DNA of 64,000 bases, taken from the NCBI GenBank assembly GCA_010093815.1, contig ML996566.1; one strand, given 5' to 3'. The stretch comes from Pseudovirgaria hyperparasitica. Its lineage: Eukaryota. Below, piece after piece: positions 1-9,879 of this stretch. Under the pieces are notes generated by a model. That model saw only the letters and a list, made by a program, of their open reading frames with translations. It did no database searches and was not told the origin of the DNA. Within the stretch, counting starts at the first letter, position 1, and each line of letters opens with the position of its first letter. Made by a program: the position numbers and the translations under genes.

Positions 1-255
1 GAGCTTGAGCGAAGCGAAAACATCCTCATAGTCACCCACCAAGCCATTCTGCGCTGCATCTATGCATACTTTATGAATGTGCCCCAGGAGAGGAGTCCGT
101 GGATGGAGGTGCCACTGCACACGCTGATAAAGCTCACGCCCAAGGCATACAAGACGGAGGAGGAGCGCATGCCAGCCAAGATCCCAGCCGTCAGCACGTT
201 TCGCGAAAAGGGCAGCAGTGCGAAACACCAAGAAAAAGAAGAAGGCGGCGATTAA
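1..255 (+). CDS. FBP26: Fructose-2,6-bisphosphatase / 6-phosphofructo-2-kinase, C-terminal fragment (gene starts before the window)
   Basis: Frame 1 from base 1 reads ELERSENILIVTHQAILRCIYAYFMNVPQERSPWMEVPLHTLIKLTPKAY...EGGD-TAA, the characteristic C-terminus of the Fbp26 histidine-phosphatase domain. Confidence 0.9.
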   Translation, partial: ELERSENILIVTHQAILRCIYAYFMNVPQERSPWMEVPLHTLIKLTPKAYKTEEERMPAKIPAVSTFREKGSSAKHQEKEEGGD

Positions 256-586
256 ATGTTGACTTTTTCTCGCAGGCCTCTTGGACACGGATGATAATGA
301 TGATGATGCTGATGATGATGATTGTGGTCGTCTTGCAAAGGTCGACACGCCTCTTGCGAAAGTCGATACGCCACTGGCCAGCGACTGACTGCGACGATTT
401 TTATGTGGATTTATGATGGAATGCACACGATCGAATTTTCAATGTGCCGGGCGTTTTGGGCCGGTATGGTTAAACGGGGGGAAACTACAAAAATATTGGG
501 ATATCATCTGCAAAGGGAGAAAGTCATCGGATTGCTTTGAGTGCATGTTCTGTGTGCATACCGGGCTGGGCGGGAACTGAATAGAC

Positions 587-749
587 CTGGGCTGGACTGG
601 GCTGGACTGGGCTGGACTGGGCTGGACTGGGCTGGACTGGGCTGGACTGGGCTGGACTGGGCTGGACTGGGCTGGACTGGGCTGGACTGGGCTGGACTGG
701 GCTGGACTGGGCTGGACTGGGCTGGACTGGGCTGGACTGGGCTGGACTG
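587..749 (+). repeat. Perfect 10-bp minisatellite (GCTGGACTGG) x about 16
   Basis: 15 uninterrupted copies at 591-740 plus partial flanking units, read directly. Confidence 0.98.
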
Positions 750-969
750 TCCGGACTGGAGTGGGGGTTCATTCTTGTTGTTTCGCATGAGCACACATGG
801 TTATTCTGATAGAATAGGCATGGATTAGCATAGCGTACCGTACGGAGGAGAGACACACTTGTTCAGCAGGTTAACCGTCACGTCAGGCGGAGACGGGCCG
901 GGGCAAGATTAGATTCTTTCTCAACTACAGTTTAGTCAGACAATTGCCCCACGTAAACGGGCGAATGCA

Positions 970-1470
970 TGCTTTCTTGCTTTCTTGCTTCCTTCCTTGA
1001 GTCTCTCTTTCCTTCTCTGTTTCCTTCTCTGTTTCCTTCTCCCTTTCTCTCTCTCGTTCGTCCTCCTCTATGATGATGATGACTATGACTATGACTATGA
1101 ACTGCATTCCATTCCATGCTTGACAATTAGGTAGGTAAGGTAGGAAGGTAGGTAGGTAAAGTACCCAAGCATTAAGCAATAAATAACCAACAGTTGACCG
1201 TTGAACGCTGAAACGCAAACGATGCGTCCTGGCATGTTGATTTGCGTGACGGGATGGAGAAGAAGAGAAAAGAAAGAAAAGGGGAAAAAAAAGAAAGGGG
1301 GGAGGGGGGAGGTAACACTTCTCCTTTCATCTCCCTCTATCCTTTTCTCCCTTTCCCTCTCTCTCTCTCTCTCTCTCTCTCCTTCCTTGTCTCCCTCGCT
1401 CCAAGCAAGAAACCAAGAAACCAAGAAGAAAAAAAAAGGAGGAAAGCAACGAAGAAATCAAAAAAAAATC
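970..1470. repeat. Microsatellite / low-complexity cluster (TTCCTTCTCTGT, GAT, GACTAT, TAGG, CT, A-rich tracts)
   Basis: Simple repeats visible in the convergent intergenic region between FBP26 and the phosphate transporter. Confidence 0.85.
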
Positions 1471-1486
1471 ACATAAGAAGATGGAA

Positions 1487-4240
1487 CTACAAGCCAGCAG
1501 CATACATAAGCCCATACCCCAAACTGACCACAACGGCAAACGTGAGCAGCGAACTGGGCACGCCGCGCGTAATAAAGTGTTTGACCTGCAGGTAGCGCTG
1601 GCCCGTCTGGGGGTCTTCCATCATGATGGCGGCTATATTTGAGAACATTTGTATTAGCAATCTGTCTTGATGTTTCACATTGGGGCAAGGGTCCACTTAC
1701 TCATGTTCGGAAAGCCACTTGTCGGCAGGCCCATGGCGGCGCTGCACATGAGCACGCTGGCCATGACGAGCAGACGCGGGTGCGGCTCGTCCATGTTCGC
1801 GCCGACCTCGGCGACGAGCGGGAGCACAATCAGGGCCGCAACGGTATGGCTGATGAAGGTAGCGACGACGAGGATGAGGGCGGCGAAGACGAGCATGACG
1901 GCGTAGAGGCCGAGGCCATCGGTGCGGTCGGTGATGGCGTTTGCAATGGCGTGCAGGAGGCCCGAGGAGTTTACGGCTTTGCCGAGGGCGAGGCCGCCGG
2001 CGGCGAGGATGATGATGGTCCAGAGGAAGTTGTTGAAGTCTTCCTTTGTGAGGATGCCGCTGCCGAAGAAGAGGATGATGGGGATGATGGCTACGACGCC
2101 CATGTCGCCGAAGACGCCTTCGAGCTGGTGCGACACGCACCAGAGTGCGATAGTGACGAGCGTGGTGATGCTGATGAACCATTGGATGCCGGTGAAGCGG
2201 TCTTTCATTGGCCGGATTGGCACGATGGTTGTGCCGCGGCCGGGCTGAAAGGTGAGGAGCAGGAGGACCCAGATTAGGAGGATGCTGGTGATGCAGACGG
2301 GGAGTGCGATGAAGAACCATGCGCCCCATCCGACGGGCGGCGACATGTTCTGTAGGGCAATCAGGTTTTGAGGGGACGCGATGGGGGATGCCATGCCGCC
2401 GATGTTGGACGCGAGGGCGATGCCTAGGAGGAGTGCTCTGGACATGTTGGAGTCGGAAGGGAGGTTGCGAAGGATGGGCTTGGAATGTTAATTATTTCTG
2501 AATGCACAGCTATGAAGAGAAGAAGCACGTACCTGGATGATGGAGAAGCAGAGGACAGGGGCGGCGACGTTGCTTATCCACATGCTGGCGAACATGGCGA
2601 CGAACATGCTCGTCAGGAGAACTGTTCGTGGTCTTGTACCTGCTTTGCTCAGCACGAATGTTGCCATTCGCTTCGCGATGTTGAACTTTGACAGGGCAGC
2701 AGCGATTGTGAAGCCTCCAAGCAATAGCATTATGACTGGTGTCCACATTGCTGCAAAAACATAGGAGGCTGCCGGCTTGGCGTCTAGTCGCTTATAGGGC
2801 TTCTCATCTGACCGGACGACCTGCAGAACGACGGCGAGGAATGGTACTAGAAGCGACGTGACGAAGAGAGGAATAGCTTCCGTCGCCCAAAGTAAACTGA
2901 CAAACACAACGAGTGCCAGACAGTTTTGCTGTTCTGGCTTCTCCATGATGGGTATCGTGAGGAGGACCACGAATATGGCGATGATGACGACAAGAGTGTA
3001 GAACGTCGAGCTGAGGAGCCAGCTTGGACAAGTATATCGACCAACCGGTGTCGAGATCTCCTTCATATCAAGATGTGCCTCATCTCCTTGCAGTCGTGCT
3101 TTTGACGGATCTGTATCTTGTCCGAGAATGGTCTGCCGTAGACCCATGTTGGCAGCCTGAGCTTTGCGCTCAATACCGATCATTTCTCTCCAGACCGTGT
3201 TGCGCTCCCAGACGACATGTTCTCGTAGATGTAATCTTAGCTCTCTCTTCGCAACTTCAACATCTCCCTGAGTAACAAGTCTTGCGTACGCTTCTTCGAT
3301 CTTTATTAGTGTCTCTCCAAGCCGATCCATGGTCGACTGCTGGAAAGGGTACGCCGCGTCTACGTTTTGCTGGATATATGGTCGCTTCAAATTTCGGTCC
3401 AGAATCTTGTCGTACTTCTTCAGCACCTTGGTGAAACCGGTTTTGTTCAATTGTATGAAAGAACGAAGCTCACAGACGTTGACGTAGTGGCTCACTGTCC
3501 GCTTCTTGAGTGTGATGCCCGTGTCGTAGAGCGCTGACATGGCCTGATCTGCATAGTCGTCAAAGATCCGGCTGTCGCGACGTCTTGAAGAAGACATGTC
3601 TCCGGTAGAAACCCTGAGATCATCCATAGAGTCCATCGTGCCTCGGGACTTTGGCTTTTTCAAAGAGGTACCCTCATTTGCATCATCGTCGCTATCGTCG
3701 TCGTCTGCATCGTCGCGCCCCGACTTTTGACTCCATGTACTTGATCGTCTTACTTTGCCGAAGCCAGAGAAGCTCTTGAACATGCTCTGCTGTCGGGCTC
3801 GGTTCGATTTGCTCAGTAGTCGGCTCGAGCCTAGCCCTTCAGCATCTTCACTCTCCATGTCATCCTGCTCTTCCTCGTAGCTTTCCTCGTCTTGCAGTAA
3901 GCTGTCAACCTCGCCATAGATTTCCAGCTCTTTCAGCCTGTAGAAAGAACATATCTTTTCCAGTTCGTGGTCCAGATGGCTGGAGAAGATTTTGTCCGGG
4001 TCATCAATAGAGCCTACCTCCAACAAAGGCGAGGATTCTGCATCGTTCGTAGTGGCTCCACTCTTCTGGTGTATTTGCTTCTCAAGGGAGTAGATACTAT
4101 AGGCGCGCAGCTCGTTAGTGGCGAGGCCCGTTGTACAGTCAATGGCTCAAGACTCACAGCTTCTTGAGGTTACTGTAGGCAATATAGTGGCTGCTCCAGT
4201 CCGGGACGGCATTGAACTGGATGCTATGCGAGAATTTCAT
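1487..4240 (-). CDS. PHO91: SPX-domain low-affinity phosphate transporter (SLC13/CitMHS; Pho87/Pho90/Pho91 family), 4 exons
   Basis: Starts MKFSHSIQFNAVPDWSSHYIAYSNLKK at ATG 4240; SPX motif LNKTGFTKVLKKYDK; HVVWERNTVWREMI; SNIGGMASPIASPQN; LPTSGFPNM. Introns about 4100-4160, 2479-2532 and 1633-1700; TAG at 1487. Confidence 0.92.
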
Positions 4241-5173
4241 CTCAGCCTCCTCAAGAAGCCTCTCTAGCTTCTCCCTCCTCTTGCGCTCTTGTAGGGCCTC
4301 TCTCGGACTGACAGCTAGCTTGCTGGAGGCCTTAGGGATAGGTTGGAGTTCGTAGGAACTGGAGAGACTGCCGTTTCGAAGAGAATGGTCAGCCAGAGCG
4401 GGCAGATACGATGTCCGCGGGGGAGAAGGTGTGGGGAGAAGGTGACAGCAAGCGGATAGGCAGAAGGTGTCATATGCACAGCGTAAAGCAACGTTAATTA
4501 GTGGTAAATAGCGGAGTTTGAATTCTCAGAGTGTGTGGCATCCAGTTCCACCTCGCTGCAAGAGAGGGCTGATGAGGCGTAACAGGCGTGTCGAGACTGG
4601 CAATTTGATTCGCTGCGTTATGCTGCACACACCACCCGTGCACAGGCAACAAGGGCTAAAAGTGCCCCCACGGATCATTGGGGTGCTGCGGCGGCCAACT
4701 GCGCTTTTACCAGTTCCTCGTCTCGTGTCATTCTCACTTACAACAACAACAACAACAACACGTATCGTATCTCTATCGATACTATCGCTGACACTCTACG
4801 AAACCTCTCGACAGCCAGAGCACCAGCATTAGCATCGATTGCTTGGCGGTCAAGCCTCAATCCCTGGAGAAACCCGTCAGATTGGTTCTACATGCCCGCC
4901 TGACCGCGTTCACCATGCATTCACTCATGCACGCAAAAACAGCCTTGTATTCTCGCCCAACGTCCACATATCACATCACGCGCACGCAAATACGGAGATA
5001 TTGCAATCACCCTTGAGACAGCTTGGATTCTTCGTCGTGGCCCGCAACCGGACATCCACCATGACCCTCTTCTAAATACTGATAGCATACAAGCAGCCTC
5101 TTCATCTCAACCGTCTCCTGTACGCTCACATATCCGCATCCATCGACAGGTCTTCCACAGGTAGACACGTCTC

Positions 5174-5710
5174 TTACACGTAGGCACAGGAATAGCTCCC
5201 CAATTCATAGCCAGTGGCTGCTTTGACATTTGTGAAACCGGGGTACTCGACCGCGTTCGAGTCGGTAGGCGCGAAGCTTCTGCAAATACCGTTCCTTGGA
5301 TCAATCAGCCTTTTACCATGCAATGGCTTCTCCGTGGCAATGTATTACCTGTATATGGTACATTTCCATCTCACATCAGGTCCAAATGAACGCAGCCATC
5401 TGATCTCCGGCGGAGCATTATTACACACGGAGTGATCGCTGCCCCCAAACAAATGCACGCAGGTACCTTGCCAGTCTGGCTCGGTGCAGGCATAGACCTA
5501 GGCTCTTATTAGCCATCGTACTCTCTACGGTGTGGCGTGTAGTCGACGTACATGCGATCCAGCCTGACTATCAGCTGCATCAGCAGTCCTGTTTCCCCCT
5601 TCCAAAATACTAGCGGGGATTGCGGTATCGTGAGGATAGGCTACAGACAGAGTGGGACAGGCAGTAAGGTAGGTGGATAGAACAAGGGAGATTGTGGAGA
5701 TGAAACGCAT
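5174..5710 (-). CDS. Small secreted cysteine-rich protein, beta/gamma-crystallin-like (142 aa, 3 exons)
   Basis: Exons 5710-5552, 5497-5349 and 5294-5174 are joined by two 54-nt introns (GTACGT..CTAAT..TAG; GTAATA..CTGAT..AAG). The product is signal peptide MRFISTISLVLSTYL..., then VYACTEPDWQGTC...C...SFGPD...C.IY...C...YPG...SYSCAYV. Confidence 0.8.
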
Positions 5711-7009
5711 GATGAAGACTATCAAGTAGCAGGTTACTTGCAATAGTGAGGCTAGAGGAAGAGCTCGGAGTGACCGGCAATTGTAAGAATGTTGTTGATT
5801 TGAGGCGATGGCGATGAGATGGTTGAGATGAATCGCACTCAATGAACTACTTATACTCACTCATGAGTCCCGGAGACGGTAATGGCACCTGCTGACACCC
5901 TCTTGAAGCAGGAACATCAAACACGCTTGCTTCGTACCTGTACCTACTACCGTCACTACTCTCCTCGACAATAGATGGCGATTGGGTTGACATGATTGCT
6001 TGGTTGCTTTCAATCAGTCACCGGTTTCTCGCTCGGACATCCTATATCTACATGGAGTAAAGTCTTGAAGATGAGTAGTACTGGTACAATACATATCTCT
6101 AAGCTTCGAACATAGGACATGCATAGTTTCCAAGTGGAGTTGTTCGTTATCCTCTCTGCATATGGATTTTGCTGTCCCTAGAGCATAGTAGAGGAAAGCT
6201 TTTGCTGCGGAGTAAGGAGAAGCCTCAATCGGGATCCTCCAGGTATCATCACAACGCCGTCATGAGTCCGAGAAACGACTGTAGTTGGTGAGGTCTGAAA
6301 CTCGTCGCTGCTTCTGCCTCCAAACGATCCATACCTCTCACCTGCCTAGTCGCTGCTCCTGTCCAACCAAGCTACTATAGGACAGTACGTCCGTCCATGG
6401 TGGTGAGCGAGCCAAGCTCGTACGATGGAGCCGAGTACCTGTCGGACCCTTAAATAGCGTCTGCTTCTTGGTGCAGAGAGCCAGGCCTATGTCAACATTA
6501 CATCAACGTCCCTTATAAACCACCATGAGGTGATGGAGAGACGAGGATGCCAACACCAACTGCACCGCATGATGCATCCAACAGTTCGCATTCTGCATAT
6601 GGTAAGCAGTATAAATGCCCGTGTCTCCATATCCCCACGATCGACAATTCTCCACCAACGTGCATTAGGCTATTCTAGCCATGTACACCAATCATATCAC
6701 AGCCTAAGGCAACAGGGCACGTGCGCGCAGACGTCAATGCACGTCTTCTGCTAGAAACCCCGCCCCCGCAGCGTCAAAAATTTGCCAATCACTTGCTGTT
6801 TAGACAGTTTCGTCTTGCTGTCTGCGCCACGCCTTGTCAAGTGAATTCCGTTGGGAAGCCAGACCTCGACCATGGCCTGCTGATCCTGTCGGGTCCTGGA
6901 TAAAGTGCGTCTCCATCCCCGGCCAGAAACCATGTATGACTCGACCTCGTCGCCCTTGCTTTAAAACTATACACCGTCTCTCGGGGTGCTTCTACTTGAG
7001 CTGCCAAAT

Positions 7010-8512
7010 ATGACGGATCACCAGCATGCAATGTCAATTGAAGAGCAGGCCGACATTCTGGAACGAGTGACGAGCCTGGCGACCACTTTCAGCACTTGCG
7101 TCGAGGCGTTTGGCCTAGTTCATCCGGTGAGACAGAGCGACCGGCCACAGAAGCTCGCAATCACGAGATTAGGCATCGAGCAAAGTCGGCTGCTCATTTT
7201 CGGTGATGCTGTAGGCATATCATCGCCGCCGCGCTCCATAGCGACGCATATGATACCGTCGAGACCTGGCGCTTTAAACCCCGATCCAAACGAACCAGTC
7301 AATTTTGGGGAACGAGACGCTCGTCTTGATGACCCCGAGATACGGCAACAAGTCGAGAACACACTCAATGAAATCCTCGAGCGTCCGGTGTCGTTGTCGC
7401 GAGAAGATATGATGCAACAGTATGGGATGACCTCACCGAAGAAACCTGTGCCGTTTGAACCCCCACTCGACACCACCCGAATCGAAGCGTTCCGCGAGAA
7501 GTTTGGACTGCTGCATGATCTTGTTGGGCAATACATCGTTGCGAGACGAGGCCAATCCATGACCACCCAACACTGGTATGTTAACGACGTAGCGAAATTC
7601 GAATCCTTTGTTCAAATGGTACGGTCACAAGTCAACAAGCTTATCGCTTTATTTAACGTCGAAGAGTGTGTCGATCGTGGCATGAGCATCGACATCAAGG
7701 CACTAGGCTGGCACCCCGACATCAGCGGTCCGGTTGTGCGGCGAGATTGGGAGAAGCTCCGGCTCATCGCCGAAGCCTGTAAGGATGACTATCCACAGTA
7801 CGTCAAAGCAACCGCCACGGCGCTTGAGTATCTCAATCGGACATGGCGAGAGGCCAATCAGGTCACACCAACGTTACCCCGGAAGAGTCCCACCATCACC
7901 ATCACCAAAGAACCGCCGAACGGTACCGAGAAGAAAAAGCCTGGTCGTCCAGGCTGGCTCAAATCTCTCCTCGGCAAAAAGAACAAATCCGAAAGAGCGA
8001 CGACCACGCTATCATCATCCAACGACTCCGAACATGGGCGCTCCAAATCAGTCGACATCTCGCCGTCTGAACCCTTCACTCTGCTCGAACGTACACGCTC
8101 AAAATCTCTCTCCGCAACATCGACGGACAAGCCCCTCCCCAACCCGCACACAGTGGAACATACATACCTATCATCCGACGCCTCTACCAGCGAAATCGCA
8201 AACCCGGGCGCAGCGTCAATCGCAGCCCTGTCAACGCAGGAGACCTCTTCACCACTCTCTACTCAAGAGCAACAACAACAACAACAACAACTCCCTTCCC
8301 CACCATCGCCCAAACCAATCCACACACCCACAAACACATTCACCAAAATCGATTCCCCACAAGCCTCCACCTCGCCAGACGGCGTCTTCCCAGCTCTGCT
8401 AGCCAAAGTCGACACGTACAACAGTATGATTGAGCGGCACGACCAGTACGCAGGCATAGGACGTGTCGAGACCAAGGATCAGCGGCACATTGCGCACGGC
8501 TGGCACAACTGA
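7010..8512 (+). CDS. HeLo (prion-inhibition and propagation) domain protein with disordered C-terminal tail
   Basis: Intronless 500-aa ORF. N-terminal LATTFSTCVEAFGLV...RLGIEQSRLLIFGDAVG and ...WYVNDVAKFESFV...VNKL match the HeLo pattern; S/T/P/Q-rich tail. Confidence 0.7.
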   Translation: MTDHQHAMSIEEQADILERVTSLATTFSTCVEAFGLVHPVRQSDRPQKLAITRLGIEQSRLLIFGDAVGISSPPRSIATHMIPSRPGALNPDPNEPVNFGERDARLDDPEIRQQVENTLNEILERPVSLSREDMMQQYGMTSPKKPVPFEPPLDTTRIEAFREKFGLLHDLVGQYIVARRGQSMTTQHWYVNDVAKFESFVQMVRSQVNKLIALFNVEECVDRGMSIDIKALGWHPDISGPVVRRDWEKLRLIAEACKDDYPQYVKATATALEYLNRTWREANQVTPTLPRKSPTITITKEPPNGTEKKKPGRPGWLKSLLGKKNKSERATTTLSSSNDSEHGRSKSVDISPSEPFTLLERTRSKSLSATSTDKPLPNPHTVEHTYLSSDASTSEIANPGAASIAALSTQETSSPLSTQEQQQQQQQLPSPPSPKPIHTPTNTFTKIDSPQASTSPDGVFPALLAKVDTYNSMIERHDQYAGIGRVETKDQRHIAHGWHN

Positions 8513-8519
8513 CTTGAAA

Positions 8520-9041
8520 GTCTGTGTGTTTGTCTGTCTATCTATCTATCCTATCTAATCTAGGGAGGATTTGGGGGATGTGAAGTGTTCTACTACCCGA
8601 TGGTGATTGATCGATTGATTGATAGATTGATCAACACAGCGTTTCTAGTGTAAGACTTTTCAAATGTATATCAGCAAAGTACCAAAACACAACGAAGAAA
8701 GAACGAGGCGCAAAGGCGCCGTGGGAGCGAGAGAGAAAGAAGTCGGCCTGTATTTTCCATACATACCCTTGTCGTTTAATCCATTCATCCACCCATCCAC
8801 CCATCCACCCATCCACCCATCCACCCATCCAGCTCAGACGGACAGACGGCGATGTTAGAAGAGAGCAAGGATTAGTGTATTTCTTCTATTAATATATATC
8901 CAAAGTTCCTACCCATACATACCATATCGTACCATACCCACACCCAATCAAGCGCAGCACATCAACATTTAACTTACGTTCATGCCTGTCTCGCCAGTAT
9001 TGTCAGTCGTGACGTCGATATCGATCTCTGGATTCGGGATG

Positions 9042-9089
<48 letters not shown>

Positions 9090-9700
9090 ATACGTCCTAC
9101 TTACTAACTAGACGACTGACATAGTATAGCCAGGTAGGAGTAGGTAGGGTAGGAGTAGGTAGGGTAGGAGTAGGTAGGGTAGGAGTAGGTACTCAGTAAA
9201 GTGATAACCAATCGAACTACTACGCATAACAACAGCATTATTATACTATACTGTATTCAGGTCGTTCACATATTCATGTATCCCATTTTCTATTACTTAT
9301 CATCATGATCATCATTATCAAGAGCTATATATCCTATATCTCATATCTAGCCCAGCTCCAGACTACTATCCATCCATCCATCCATCCCATATACCCTTCC
9401 TCAATATACCCCTTCTTCTTCCTCCCCCCAAAGCTCCTCCTCCAAGCACCCTCCTCCAAGCTCAAAGCACATCCATCCAAGCACGTCCTCGGTCGCAAAG
9501 ATGCCCTACTAGTAGTCCACGACGACTCAACCTCAACCAAAAAAAAGCCAGAATGCTACTTTATGCATGTATGCATGCATGCACGTTCTCAAAAAATACC
9601 AATACCAAATATCCAATACTTATATCGTACCCACGCCATTGCCATTGCCATTGCCATACCCACGCCATGCAAGCCATGCAAGCCATGCAAGCCATAAAAC
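8520..9700. repeat. Microsatellite-rich convergent intergenic region: (CCATCCAC)n about 8787-8830, (GT)n about 9044-9085, (GTAGGAGTAGGTAGG)n about 9133-9190, (GCCATGCAA)3
   Basis: Simple and short tandem repeats read directly. Confidence 0.9.
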
Positions 9701-9879
9701 TCCCTCGCACCGCTTCTACGAATCCAGATAACAAGAAAGCAACGAAACGCAGAAATTGTAACACCCCCCAAAGCAAATAATATTTCATAGGTCATCATAA
9801 CAAGGCTTCAACGAGCTGTATAAGATCCCCTTTTCCAGCCACAAATCCCCCAAAACTACCCCCTTAGTTACTACATACG

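Noticed and set aside
504..856. ORFs with SSPVQPSPAQ / GLDWAGLGWT repeats
   Set aside because: They are translations of the 10-bp minisatellite with no coding context. The array has no spacers, so it is not CRISPR.
1639..2329. Long antisense and alternative-frame ORFs over the phosphate transporter (likewise 9907-10942 over the ADAM gene)
   Set aside because: Shadow ORFs caused by high GC3 in real genes.
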